Shown here one piece after another: positions 36,312 through 49,430 of a stretch of DNA of 53,399 nt (positions are counted from its first letter, which is position 1; every line of letters starts with the position of its first letter). The DNA comes from Thelocarpon superellum. Its lineage: Eukaryota. The notes under the pieces are model-generated. The model did not search any database. It was not told where the DNA came from and saw only the letters and a program-made list of their open reading frames with translations. The stretch is from assembly GCA_026025795.1 (NCBI GenBank), contig JAPEUG010000080.1:1-53399 (forward strand), written 5' to 3'. A program made the translations under genes and the position numbers.

Positions 36312-36940
36312 GCCGAGGTAGAGGGAAGAGAGGAGGGGAGGGGAGGGGAGGGGAGGGAGACGGTCCAACGAGGGATCGAGATGCACCGATGCTGAGGAGG
36401 GTGATGAGCACTGAGGCCCCTAGCACTGGACAAGCTCTCGAGCACCAAGGAGGACTTCACGCCTCGCACTCGTACTCGTACTCGTACCTGCACTAGAAGT
36501 CGATCATGTTGACCTCCAATCCCGACTAAATCACAACACTTTCTCGCAGTCACGCATGACGAAGGCGGAGAAAAGGTTCGCTTGGCAGCCCGGCAGCCTT
36601 ACGGTCGCAGTTGCGGCTGCATTTACGCCTGCACTTACTATACCATGACAGTAGTGTTCGTACAGCCGCGACTCCCCATAGCCGAGTATCAGGAGTCTTG
36701 CTACAATTTCAAATTGTAGGCCTTATGTATCTCCAGCAAGAAACTTCTTCTGCACATCCCAACATGGGATTCATCATGCTACTGGCTTGTTACATTTCCT
36801 GTGCTCTCTGCTGCATTAACTACCAGCCCAGTAGGCTGAAAATGTACACAATCTGTTAATGTATGAAGGCAACTTGGCTTCGACTAAACATACCGTAACT
36901 TTTGAGGTGTCGGCGACCGAAATCGCAAGTGTACGGATAC

Positions 36941-37028
36941 TACTGTGCTATAGCTGTACGATTCTACTAGTATCGTACAGTAGTACTGTGCTATAGCTGT
37001 ACGATACTACTGTGCTATAGCTGTACGA
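36941..37028. repeat. Three copies of the 21-mer TACTGTGCTATAGCTGTACGA with an internal inverted repeat
   Basis: Copies start at 36941, 36984 and 37008. CTGTACGAT..ATCGTACAG hairpin between copies 1 and 2. Confidence 0.9.
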
Positions 37029-37404
37029 GGTGCTGCTAACTAAATCTTTAGACTTTGCACGCTGACCGTCCGCCATCCGCTGTCTGCCATCTTGGCTCTT
37101 GGCTTGGCTCTTCATGTTAGGTTGGCCGGGGTAGCGACGCGCCGTCAAAACATCGGAACGGCCGACGAGCAAGACAAAGTACCCAGACATCCAGACTAAC
37201 AGATATCCAGACTATATCCACTACAGGACAATGCAACCACGAACGTGACCCCGCGACCGGCATCGCTCAGCGCTCGATAGCACCACTCCGCGACACCGCG
37301 CTCGATCTGGCATTGCTTTGGCTTGTTGATCGGCCATCTTCGCTCAGCATGTGAGCCATCAGCGCCGTCCCTCACCTTCCCATCCCGCCCGCACTGCCGT
37401 CACA

Positions 37405-39862
37405 ATGTCGCCCTTCCAAGGCGAGCGAGGCTCGTCGTCGAGTCCCCCGCGGGGCTTGAGAGAGGCCTACGAGCGCATTGTCGATGAGGAGAATCTGGCG
37501 GCGGAGGAATCGGCGCTGGACGGCGCCTCCGACACGCAGGATGGTCCCCAGATGGATTGGACCACCTACCACTACACCTATCCCGACCGCTCGCGCGACC
37601 AAGACCTCCTACGCGTGAACCGCATCGCCCACTCGCCATCGCCCGTCTTGTCGCAAGCTCGGTCAAGGAGATCGCCGCTGTCCTTCCGCGAGGCCGGCAA
37701 CAACAGCCCCGATGTCCGGCCGCAGGATGTGGACAGAGACGTGCCCGACTACACCTCCGACTCCAACCTCTCCGGCTTCTCGTCGCTGGAGAACGGGACG
37801 GAGGATTCCTTCGCGCGGAAGCTGGCGGCCCACGCGCGCGATCAACAGCGCGTCAGCCAGGCGCTCAAGACCAACGGCGGCATCTTCTCCAAGGCGCGTC
37901 CCTCCGAGCGGGCAGGACTCACCACGGAGAACCTGCGGCGCCGCGAGCGATCGGACCCGGCCCGGTCGCCCGTGCTGGACAACGGCATCAAGGACGGCAG
38001 TGTCACCAGCGATCGATCGGACCCGCCCCTGCGCATCCCACCTGCTTGGGGCCGGAAGGGCCGGAGGGACAACAAGTGGCTCAGCCGCATTCGAGACACC
38101 GAGTCCGTGCCGGCCGCCGTCCCAGCGGTGTCGACCAGTCCGGCCAAGGAGTCGGAGAACACCAGGGGGCCCAGCTTGATTCCGCGTGCGCGATCGGATC
38201 TTGGGCGCACGCCCCGGTCGACCGGGACCGAGGTGGTGGTGACGGACAGCAAGATCCCAGTCTCGCCAATCAAGAAGAGGGGGGAGTCCAACCCCCCACC
38301 AGCCCCGCCACCGGAGAGGGAGGACGCCCGGATGGAGAAAACAGGCCATGTCTCCGTCGAGACGCCGACGGAGCACATCGCGTCCAGAGGGGACGTGGCG
38401 CTTCCAAAGGAGGCCACGCCGAAGGGCCCGACGAAGCCCTTTCTTGCCCAGACGCCGCATCTCGGCGTCGGCGGCTGGGTGGACACCCCGGGCAAGACGG
38501 AGCATAAGCCCGCCCCAGCCCCAGTCATGGCCAAGACGGCCAAGACCGCACCCACCACGACGGCCAGCGCGCGACTGACACGACTGAAGCAAGAGCTGGA
38601 GATGGACACCACCGTCGACTCTCTGGACGAGCTCATTGCCAAGGAGCCCGACGCGACTTCATCGATGATGCTGGGCGAGGCCGATGACAAAATCGAGACC
38701 CTCGCCGCTCCCACGACCCAGACAACGCACGATCGCGACGACGACACGGATCCCCTCGACTTCCGGGACGCCAACGGCGGACCGCTGACGCAGGCCGAAC
38801 GGGCCGCGCGGCTGGAGGAACTAGCACACGAGCGGATGAACGACCGCCTGCGAAAGCTCCGGCTCAGCCTACGCGACGCACAGACGGGCATCGCAGGCCT
38901 GGAACGACAGGTGGAAGATCGCGCCGCCGCCGCCGCCGCCGCCGCCGCCTCTGCGACCACCGCTGCCAGCGTCTGGGCCTGTCCTGAATGCGGCTCGCTC
39001 GTTGCCATCGCCCCCGCGCCTCACTCCCACGCCTGGCCCTTCCGCAACCCGCTCCCGCCCACCTACACCTGGCGCGGCAACTGGCCCCGCCTGACTTGGT
39101 TTGGCACCGTCTTGCTCCTCTTCTGCCTCTACCAGCTCTCCGAATTCACCATCTGGTACGTTCTTTCTTTTTCTTTTCTTTCCTCGCTCCGCTCGCAGCG
39201 CCTCAACGGGGTCACGTTCGACCTGCGGTCGAACCACATCAGCAGAGCCCGAAACGCAAGCAGGGCCAGACGAATGACCAAGCTAACAAAGGGATAACAA
39301 CAGCGAACTGTACTGCCACAAGACATACGCCGTCTCGTACGCGGGCTACGGCGTCGACATCTACGCGCCCCGCCCGCCGTTCGTAACGTACCAGTTCCTG
39401 CGCCGTCGCCTGCCCTGGCTCCTTCGTCCCACCGAGGCCCTGGTGCGGTACTATGCCCGATTGATGCTGTGGGGCGCGGAGGCGCTGTTTCGCGCTGTCT
39501 TCCCATCGTCCTTTCTTTCTTCCTCCTCTGCTTCCTCTGGTGCTGCTTCTACGTACACTGCCCTCACTGCTTCGACGCCAGCTCAAGCCGCGGCAGCAGC
39601 GGCGGACTCGACGGCGACGGCAGCAGCGGCGGCGGCGTCATCGGTGGCAGGCGTCATGGGTGCTTTCTTCGCCGAGCTGTTCTCGTTCCCTTCTTCGTCG
39701 TCGTTGTCAGGCGGGCATACCCCGTCGTCTTATTCGCAGTATGCCGCTGGCGCTGGTGGTGGGAGACAAGGGGACGGAAAGGGGGATGGGGAGGGAAGAA
39801 CATCGTACACGTATGATTACGACGATACGGGCGGGATAGGGGACGATGAGATTATTCGATGA
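37405..39862 (+). CDS. Fungal hypothetical protein: disordered N-terminus, coiled coil, C-terminal TM region
   Basis: Intron 39156..39303 (GTACGT..GCTAAC..CAG) joins ...LTWFGTVLLLFCLYQLSEFTI to CELYCHKTYA..YGVDIYAPRPPFV, which runs into ORF 39443..39862. Start codon uncertain. Confidence 0.8.
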
Positions 39863-39898
39863 GCGTCTTCTACAAGATCACGATTAACGAGATCATTA

Positions 39899-41540
39899 CT
39901 ACCAGCAGCCGTTCCGGCACCCACAACAGTGTCCGTACAAATCCTCGCATGGCCATCCCTCACGCGGTGTCTGTGACTGCGTCGACGTGTGTGATAGACT
40001 GACGGCGCCCAGGAATTCACACAATATGCCCATTTTGACGCCTCTCTCTCCTCCTTCCTGATCTTCGTCCTCATCTACCTCCAGTCTGTCTTTGGCGCTC
40101 ATCCTGTCCCGAAATCCTGGTCGAGCTTCAGCGTCGAATGTACCGAAACGGTCCAAGCTATCAAAGTCGTTAAACTCGTCATCGTAGTCGTAGTCGTAAT
40201 AGTCGGATTCGTATTCATCGTCGAGGAAGACGTCCGCCTCCCTATGATCAGGAAGAGGAAGGCGATGATGATGGTGACGATGAGAAACAGGAAGACAATA
40301 AGCACTCAATACGCGGTCGACCGCGCGCACACTCAGCCCACAGAAAGCCTCGACGGTTAGAGGGAGGGCGAAATCAGCAGGAAAGGACCCATCGAGCGTC
40401 ATCATCGGATGAATCTGGCGGTGTCGTGCCCTGCTAGGTATTGCGGCGTTGGCGCGGGCTACGGAGAGATTGGTTCTGCTCTTGCTTAGCTTGACGTCGT
40501 ACATGGATGAAGAAAAAAGAGGCGGAGGAGAGAGAGAGGGCGTACTGTCTTATCATCTCCTGTACCGCCATCTCTTTACTCTCTTGCTCATCACAGCCAC
40601 CTTGTCGCTGGAGGACGGGTGGTTGACGAGAATATGGAGTGGGGCGCCGGGGATGTTGATATGGAGGTGATGGGCTGGGAACGAGAACGGACCCCGGCGA
40701 TCGAGCTTGATATATCGTTGGTGTATTCAGTGGGCGTGTAACAGGGTAGAAGTTGAGATTGGGCGTCACGACGAGAGAGCTGGCTGTGTTGCTAGGTTGA
40801 GTGGTTCCAGCTCCAGTTCCCCTTTCACTTCCATATCCACTTCCACCTTTGCCATATCCGGGAGTAGGAACAACTGCACCAGCAGTTGCATCTCCGCCTC
40901 CACCGTATCGGGGAGTGATGACAACCGCACCAGCTGCTCCAGCTTCACCAGCCACGGCACCCGCAGTATGGAGAGGAGAAAGCAGAGCAGAAATCGGACC
41001 AAAGTAATCTTCCACAGCCGAGTCAAGTCGCGCGCGTTGCATAGCCTCCTCATGACTGCGTATTTGTGCTCCGTATGGCATGGGCACCGCTGAATTGATT
41101 GCGTGTGTAGTTGGTTGTGTTCTCTCCGATACTGCACGTCGTTGTGCTGGTATGCAGAACGTACCACTCTCTGGTACTGCTCTCTCCGGCACCATTCTCT
41201 CCGTGGTCGCTCGGGGCGAAACGGGTTGTACCAGCGTTCGAGGCCGAGGCCGAGGCCGAGGCCGCGGGGCAGCGGAAGAAAAGGTGTCGATGCGCGAGAG
41301 GGGATAAGGCCTAACGGGAAGGAGATGAGACCCGTCTACACGCGAGAGACGGGGCCATCGAAGGTCAAGCGGGAGATATCTCGCGGGAGTAGCAGCGGGA
41401 GATCGTGCAGCCGACAAACGAGGAGAGCGGGCTCCGGGAGGAGAAAGAGAGGGAGAAAGAGGAGTGGTACGGTGACAGGAACAGTGGAGAGTTGAAGGAG
41501 ACGCCAGGAGCGTCATGGGAGATGTGGGAGGATTCGACAT
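39899..41540 (-). CDS. Hypothetical protein: Pro/Ser-rich N-terminus plus a possible Mug135-C-like domain
   Basis: Intron 40545..40476 (GTACGC..GCTAAG..CAG) joins the 368-aa and 201-aa ORFs in frame: EMIRQ/TNLSVARAN...IHPMMTLDGSFPADFALPLTVEAFCGLSVRAVDRVLSAYCLP...KMGILCEFLG. Confidence 0.65.
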
Positions 41541-42593
41541 GGGAATTCGATGACTGGATGTTCTGCTTGGTGTGGAGAAACGTCGGAGGTGAACGGTGAG
41601 GGCCAGAGATGAAAGAGCGAGAGGGAAAGGAGTAGACCGAAGAGAGATTATGTGTGTGTAAGAGAGAAGGAGAGAAGTTGGGCATGAAGATACTTGGACC
41701 CTGCTTGCTTGATCATCAAACCCCCAGGTCCATCCTCTACACTAGTAACCATCGGGCACCAGCCCGTTCAGCGTTTACATCACGCATAGATTCGACACGT
41801 AGGCTGCCATTGGACCTTGATGCATCGACGTCGAATACGTGCAGGATGAGGAATGGCAAGGAGAAGTCGTGAAACATTGGGAAGGAACAGGATTTGATCT
41901 CTTGGAGATAGCCTGGCTTCACTGTCCTTCTTCGTTCACTGATGTTTGCTTCGGTCAAGATCGGGCGTCTTCCTTGGACGTGTCTCGCGGTACTGAACCA
42001 GCTCGATAACGACAACGGCCGGCAGGCTTCGCTGAAATGACGACAGCGGCCAACCAAACAGTGTCAGGTATGCACCCGCGTGCTCGACCTGTGACGCAAC
42101 GAATCAACTGGCGCGTCACTCTTTCTGCCCCATCACTGTAAGACATCTCCCGCTCGGCTTCTCGTTGAAAGCTGTCTCCCAGTCACAAAGAGGATTACAC
42201 ACATTGATGGCAATCACGTTGCTGATGCTCGAACCAATTACCGTCATATGTCGCACAAAGAAGAGAACCGGGTGCTGTGGAAAGAGAAACGACCACATAC
42301 TTCTCCTCACTGAATCTGAGTCCCGGCCCAGTCCCGGTCTCGGTGCCGGTATCGGAAAGTACGCCCGAAGACACCTGTAGCCCCTGTCCCGACACCAATC
42401 CTAAACCTCCGCAGGAACGCCACAAGACCCTCCGTTCGATGTCCATCCGATGCTATCGCATCAATGGTGAGACATGAAGAAGCTCCACTTCGCCGAACGA
42501 CAATGCTCTGATCGCCGAGGCACGACCCTCGGTCTTGAAGCGACGTCGATGCATCTCTGCGGCCCATCAACACACACCAGGTGCCAAGATGCC

Positions 42594-43128
42594 TCAGTCC
42601 GCCTTCAGTCCACCCGGACGAGCATGTGCAGCGCCCGGATCGGCACCGTCGCTGGAGGGATCCTCTATTGCCTCGTCGTACTCGGCCGACGACGACAAGC
42701 TGAGGCTGAACGCGCGCGGTCGGCCACTCGGTCGTGCGGCCAAGCTCGGGGCACGCGGGCGCTGGTCGCCCCGCGCTCTCCCGCCAACGATCGGCAGCTC
42801 ATGCAGCGCGGATCGAAGAACATAGAGTACCAGATCATAGACTACCAACACCAGCCATGGGCCGATGGTGACGAGGCCGAGGAAGAGCTGAGGCGAGGGG
42901 GTCCCATGAGCAACGTGCGTGGTAGCAGGACAGGGAGAGGGAGCGGGGTCTTGGGCTCGGGAGATGAAGGGAAAGGGGAAGAGGGAAGGGGGAAGGGGGA
43001 AGGGGGAAGGGGGAAGGGGGAAGGGGGAAGGACGGGAGGACGGGAGGAGGAGGGAGACGTACAAACAGTCGAACCAACCAGATCTCCAAGTCGGCTAGAC
43101 TGGAGGGAAGGATGGAGAACCACGACAT
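42594..43128 (-). CDS. Small conserved fungal membrane protein
   Basis: Intron 43062..42888, which contains a (CCCCTT)n tract, gives MSWFSILPSSLADLEIWLVRLF/LFLGLVTIGPWLVLVVYDLVLYVLRSALHELPIVGGRARGDQRPRAPSL. Confidence 0.82.
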
Positions 43129-44020
43129 GACGTCTGCGTCCAAGAAGACTCGTGTCTTCTTTCTCCGCTTTCGTGTCACGTATGCCACCGACGCCACGGA
43201 TGTCTCTCTCGTGCGTGTCGGCCGCGCTCGCGCGAGTGTGGTAGATGGGAGCGAGACGTCCGAAACCGTATGACGGGCAGTGAGACCTCACCAGGACTGC
43301 AACTGTGGCTGTGACGGTGACGGTGACGGTGCCAGTGACAGTGACAGGGACGCTTTCCGGGCCGAGGTTGACTGTCGCCGTCTCCAAGCTGGATGCATCA
43401 TGTGGGACGTGCAATGTGGACGTGGACCTGGACGTGGGTTTGGGTGGAAGGGATTGATCGTCTACAATGATCGGGATCGGCTTACCCAACTCTGCCGTCT
43501 TCCGTCGGCCATCTGCCGTGACCGTTGCCGTTGCCGTGAGTTGGGCTTGGGCTTAGAGCTGGCGCGACGGATACGGGCACTAGTTACTGCTCTGTGCTGT
43601 AGGCCCGAGGCCTTGCAGCGGGCTCCGTCAGCTGCGCCGGTGCGAGTACGCAGACGAACACGAGAACCTTATCCCTGCCTCGGCACTTGTGCCGTCCAAG
43701 GAGATTGCAGCAAATAGCGAGCAGCTCCAGTACAAAATGCACGATCCTACCTGACAGCGGCAAGGTAGCGTCCTAGCGGAGAGCGCTCACTACGAATGTG
43801 GGCGAGATGCTAGAATAGCACCGTCACCACGCCTTCCTTCTATAATTCTACTAGCTTATGATACAATCGGGAGTCCTGAAAGGCCTCCTTGACGCCCGAC
43901 GCCAGAACAAGTGACTGTCCTGCCCAGTGCCTGACTCCAATCGGCTAGTACTGTACATCACTCACATCCCGGATTCCCCCTTGGTCCCCGAGACGATTGG
44001 AGATGGGCAAGATGACCCTT

Positions 44021-45106
44021 CTATGTGCGAATCTCAGAGTCCTCCTCCGACTGCGACCCATGTCCACATTGCCCATATTTCTCGCACAGGCAATTGTCAG
44101 AGGATGGGCAGCTGCCGACGATCAGTCATGGTCCCTCTCACCTCGCAGCAAGGACTTACTTGGTATACTCCGCGCCAAAGATGACATGCCACGTAAACTC
44201 CATCACTCGTCCACTCCAAAAACTGGAAGCGGGCGTGTCAATCAGCCACTGGCGATATCTCCGGTAGTCGTCCAGCGAGCGGCGCAGGATGTTGTCTCGT
44301 GTCACGGCGAATTGACTGCAGCAGGCCGAGGACACCTCCGTGGGCGGGAGCTCCTGGAACATAAACTGCCACGCCTCGCCAACGAGGATGTTGTGCCGCT
44401 CACTGTCCCGTTCGCCTTCCGTATATGAGACGAGGGGTCGAACGGGCTCCGTGCAACCGGGGTTGCTATTACATCGGAGATTGGTATATCCAAGCTTCCG
44501 CACGTAATCGAGCTTCAGATTCCCGACGATCCGAGGAGTGTCCCAGCCTGGAGGGTCGGCATGCCAATACTCGTCACGGTGCGCGTGAAGAAAGAGCACC
44601 AGCTCGGGGAGGCAATCATAGTGCTCGATGACGTAGGTGAGATAGGCCATGCCCTCATTGCCTCGGTTCATGGGCGTGTGGAGCGTGGCATTGATGTCGT
44701 CGACGGTGTAGATGGCGCGCCCCCAACTGCATAGCTTCAGGTCAGTCGCCTGCGCCAGCAACCCCAACAGGCAGTATTGAGTCTGAGCGTGAGCATGATG
44801 GACCTACTCGGGCAGCTCGGCTTCCACCCAGCTGGTGTCTTCGCTCGAGAGCTTGCCCATCACCACCATCTTATCCTCGGCCACTCGGCCTTTGCACGTG
44901 GAGCTGATGCTGGGACCTAATTCCCCAGCCGTCTCTCCCGTCACCCCGTCCCAGGTCGGAGAGAGAGACATCATCGACCCATGGCGAAGAGCAGACAAGG
45001 ACAGAGCTCCGCGGGCTGCCACAATCCGATGGCGCTGATGGAGCGTGAGGAGCACCAAGGCAAGCCCCGCCGCCGCCCCCAGGAGATGTCGTGAAAAGGA
45101 CTTCAT
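44021..45106 (-). CDS. DUF3431-family type II membrane protein
   Basis: N-terminal TM, VVMGKLSSEDTSWV, NRGNEGMAYLTYVIEHYD, LFLHAH, GYTNLRC, ACCSQFAVTRDNI, GRVMEFTWHVIFG, last exon CPSSDNCLCEKYGQC. Two introns. Confidence 0.9.
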
Positions 45107-46122
45107 CGTCGCCGGCGAGCTCGCGCATGGGTCGAAATTACCGAAGCGGCGCTGGGAATGGGAGAGAGAAGTGGTTGCAGATGATTTCGTCCAAGCCGAC
45201 GGAAAGCAACAAGAGACGCTCCCGTGGATCTTCAGCAGAGAGGATCCCGGAATCGAGCGGTATCACCCTGCCCAAGTCCATCGTCAATTGATAATCGCGC
45301 AGAGGATGAATGAACGGCGTCTCGGCACGGGCCCTGAAGGAGTCGGTAACGCTTCGCGAACGCTCGCACGAGATAACGTCAGACCATGGTGGCGACGTAA
45401 TCAGCTATGGTCAGGTGTACGCAGTGTACCTTGCGGCATACCTATGTATAATACTACTATCTAGTAGTATTAGTAGTAGGATGGGGAGTACTTCGGATTC
45501 ATCACCGGGGAGGGTGAGGAATCTACCCAGAGGTCTGGTGTCATCGCCATCTCTGCAGGAGACTTCTGGTACCCATGGCTCCACGGTGGAGTTGGCTCGG
45601 TCGTCGTTGATGACGTGAGAGGTCATTGTGCAGTCACAACTGCGATGGTTGGAAGGCTCGGTAGCAACCTAAGTCATGTTCGAGGCCGCAGGCGGGCACG
45701 GTCTGACACGACTCCAATTCAACGTGACATATCGCTGCCGCTGCTGGAATAGCCATTGTCGGTCCTGCAGTTCGGATCGGAGTTGCGTACGGGTAGGAGT
45801 AGGAAGTGCGCGGTAGGATCGTGTGCTACACGACCTGCCGCGATAATGGAACCGCTGGAATCGCTCGAGTACTTCGTACCACCCTACCCGAAGTATGGGT
45901 AGGAGTGCTACGTCCCATCGCTGCAAGAGCTCATTCATCGTTGCTCGAGGCATGGCATTCGAATCACGACCATGAGAGAGCCATAACTAACTAGTGCTAC
46001 AATGACAGGGCCGACGTGTGTTCCCGACCCATCTTGTGCTGGATCAAATCAAAGGTGCATTTCCCATTCTCACGCACCCTTTTCCCTGGCCAGAGCACCA
46101 CCACCGGTCATATACCAGCCCC

Positions 46123-47963
46123 TCACAGCTCCTCGTTGATGCGATCCTGGGCCTTCTGGGCCGCCTCGCCCGCCCGGTTCGTAGCATACGTCGCACTCTC
46201 CTTGACGTAGTCCGCCGCTTTCTGCCCTTGATATCCCGCCTCCTTGCGCCCGCTCGCTGCCCCAAGCTTCAACTGATCCAACACCCATTGCGCGCTCTCT
46301 TGGAGCTTGGCGTAGATGGTCCCGCTCGGGCTCGAGGTTCCGTAGCGGAAGTAGGTCGTCTGTCGTCGTGCCAGGGCTTTGAGCTCCTCCAGCTTACTGC
46401 CTTGCGGCACCGGAATCCCGTAACTATCGAGATACGCCTTCAGGTCCGAGGCCGTCCAGGTTTCGAACGTGCTATCCTTGGCTTGGTCCGTGGCCTGGGC
46501 CAACGCCGACGTGAGGGACGCATATGCCGTGCCGCCATTGTAGGCCGCGGTCGAGTATGCAACCTGCGCCTGCTTGACAAGTTCTTGTCGCGACGCACCC
46601 GCTTTCTTCGCCGCCTGTTTCGAGGCCTTGTCACTTTGCGCCGATAGCCACGTCCTGCGATGCCGCGAGATTAGCGAGCGCAAAGCGGCGGAAGAGACGG
46701 AACATGACATACTTGAGATTCTCCGTGGTCCAGGTGTCAAAGGTCCACTCCGACCAACCTGTCGCCGCCTTGTGACGCTGCAATCGCACCGCCGCGAGGA
46801 GCTCATCCTTCTTGCCATTCTGGGGAACGGGCACGCCACGGGCGTCAAGGTACGCTTTCAGTCGGGTATCGCTCCAGCTCGCCACGGCGGCATTGAAGGC
46901 ATCCTCAGCTTTGAGCTTGGCGTCATCCGTCGCCTTGGCCGCTTCATTCCCTGCGCGCGATGTAGCTGCGCCAAAGGCGCTCGCCGCCTGCCCCGACACG
47001 GTGTCGCCGGTCAGGGCAGCTTTGTGCTTGCGTGCGAGAGCTAGAAGCTCATTGCGGTTGGAGCCTTGCGGAACTTTGATGCCATTCTCGTCCGCCCACT
47101 TCTTGATCTTGCTGTCGCTCCACGTGTCAAAGACGGCTTCGTTGACTGCATTGCGCTTGGCTTGTGCCTGGAGGCTGGCGACGCGGGCGTTGCGTCGAAC
47201 CGAAGCAATCAACTTGTCGCGCGTCGTCGGCTGCGGGGCGGGAATGCCTCGCTCGTCGAGAAATTTCTTGAGCTCCGACTCGGACCAGCTTTCGTAAAGC
47301 CAGTTGCCCGGGTAGGCCGCCGTGTCGCTCGTCTTCTTGGCCACGGTCTCGTAGTTGCTGCGGGCCGTGGTGAGTAGTGTGTCCCGCGTGCGCGGCTGCG
47401 GCGACGGGATGCCGTGCTTGTCCAGGAAAGCCTTGAGTTGAGACTCAGTCCAGCTAGAGCGGGTCAGTGGGACGACCGTGGTGGAGGATGCAGGGGCGGG
47501 TACCCGTCGAAGATCCATTCTTTGACGTTCAGATATGCCTCCTCGGCCTTATCCTCCGTCTCGTACCAATACTTCTTGACCTGGCTAACGAGGCCCTCAT
47601 GCGTATCCTCGACGCCTTTTTGTGCCTGTTGTCCCTTTTCGGCCAGGTAAGCTTGCAGCGTGCCGGCGTCCCAGTCTTGATAAGGTGCCGAGACCTTCTG
47701 CTGCCAGTTGTCCTTGACGATGTTTTCCAGGTCTTTGCGGTCGGCAGGAGAAGGGTATGGGATGTCATGGTCAGAAAGCCATCGCTCTAGCTCGGTTTCG
47801 TGCCATTTATTGTAGGCTACGTCCGGATCAGTACACCGTCGATGATGACGAGGGTAGCAGGAGGGTGGGGAGGAATGAGTGACATACCAGCCTTGGAGAA
47901 CCAGTTGCTGGCGACGGTTGCCTCCGTGGCCAAGGCCCACACGAGAATCGTTGAGAGCTTCAT
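46123..47963 (-). CDS. ish1: Ish1/Msc1-family stress-responsive nuclear-envelope protein
   Basis: Signal peptide MKLSTILVWALATEATVASNWFSKA and repeated W(S/T)ExxLKxxLDxxGIP.P units across four exons, ending -NEEL. Confidence 0.9.
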
Positions 47964-48115
47964 GATGAAAGAAAGATGCCGGTGAAGAAAACTCTCAAGA
48001 AACTTGATCGGTCAAATGAAGCGAGAGGGGGGGCAGGTGTGAAATAGTTGTGGACCTCTGTTGGAGAAGTGGCAAGGCCAGGTATGGTGGAGCGGCGGGT
48101 AAGGAAGGAAGCAAC

Positions 48116-48428
48116 TGACGTAGTGATGGGCGGTCGCAGCCAAGAGCCGGTGCGAGCGTAGCTGCTCTAGGGCTGGCAACGAGCAAAAAGGCATGACAGC
48201 ATTACAAGCACGTTGAGAACGAGTATGGGTATGTGCGCACCCTTCACAGGTACCGTCATTCAAGGCAAACCATGCAGCTTGCTGTGACGTGATGCGTAGC
48301 CTTAAGCCTGATCTAGCGTAGCGCATCCGACTAGCCAATGATTTACCTTCACTCCTCCACCTTTCAGCCAACCAGATGCCGTACCGCACCTGAGCATCGT
48401 TTGGCGCCGCGGAAGCCAATAATGACGT
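48116..48428. promoter_or_regulatory. Three CRE/ATF-type TGACGT sites upstream of ish1
   Basis: TGACGT at 48116, 48285 and 48423, with CCAAT boxes near 48335 and 48416. Confidence 0.5.
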
Positions 48429-48837
48429 ATCTGTCGGCTCACCCCGTGCTGCACACGGCGACGCATATCATCAAGAAATTGCGAGTACCTACGGCTATTC
48501 GTGCGAGTACTCGTGGCTCACTTGATCTCGTATGAGGCATTGCCTGTGAGTGTCACGGCTCCCAGCTTCCAGGTCCGCCCAGGAACCAGCTTGTGGGCCA
48601 GTCTGCTCACGTCGAGCGGGTTCAAGAATCTGTTCCTCGCGTGGGCTTGCTCCCCTGAGCGTGTGTTCGCAAATGGGGCTCGGCCAGACAAGCGAACCGA
48701 GTGGCCTTGTGTTGCATCGTCCAATGAGTAGCTGCCATGTACAAAGGATGTAGTATCAGAGAACTCGAAACATCTGATGCCATCTGCCAATCGCCACCCA
48801 ATTTTCCGCCTCCGTCGCATGTCACAGCGCGTTCAAT

Positions 48838-49430
48838 TCATGGATCCCGGTCAGCACCACCCTGGCCTTTGGACACCTCGTCAGTAATTGAACTCACCAC
48901 CACCACCACCGCCGAGGAATGACGGTCGGCCAACGTGACTCACCTTGCCAGAAGCCCTTGTGCACCTTGTCCGACCCCTCATCTCTCGCCTCTGCCCGGT
49001 CGTGTCGGCTCTCAAACTCACGATTGTGTCGCTCCACATCCTCTCTCTTGGTTTTCGACAGGTTCGGGCCAGCCCTTTCGTCGTGTATCTTCGGTTGCGC
49101 ACCGTTCGAGCTCGAGCCGGACGAAGACGAGTCATCGTGCCCGTTCTGCGTGCCTTTGGTCGCACCCGCGCCCGACTCTTGGCCTTCAGCGACAGGCGCA
49201 GGGCCCGGGTGCTCCTTGGACGCGGAGGGATTCGGGCCTTGGTCTTGTGGAGCTTCGCCCTTGGGATCCCCTTCGCCGTCGCCGTAGCCACCCGCGTAGA
49301 AGCGTTGAGACCGAATATTCCATCCCGGCCGCGAGTGTGACGGTGAAGTTCGTGCATAAGCCAGAGCGTGGCGGGACGATGAGAGGGGAAGGAGAGATGA
49401 GTGAGCTCGAGCCGACCGTTGAAGCGACAT
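48838..49430 (-). CDS. Conserved fungal hydrophilic protein with a probable mitochondrial presequence
   Basis: Arg/Ser-rich leader MSLQRSAR...RFY, then GYGDGEGDPKGEAPQDQG, EHPGPAPVAEG, DVERHNREF, KVHKGFWQG. An intron (GTGAGT..CTGAC..AAG) leads to the last exon GQGGADRDP*. Confidence 0.8.

Noticed and set aside
36941..37028. CRISPR-like array
   Set aside because: Eukaryotic context, irregular spacers (22 and 3 nt) and no cas genes.
45669..45953. 94-aa ORF between the DUF3431 gene and ish1
   Set aside because: No recognisable motif or splice support, so it cannot be called a gene.
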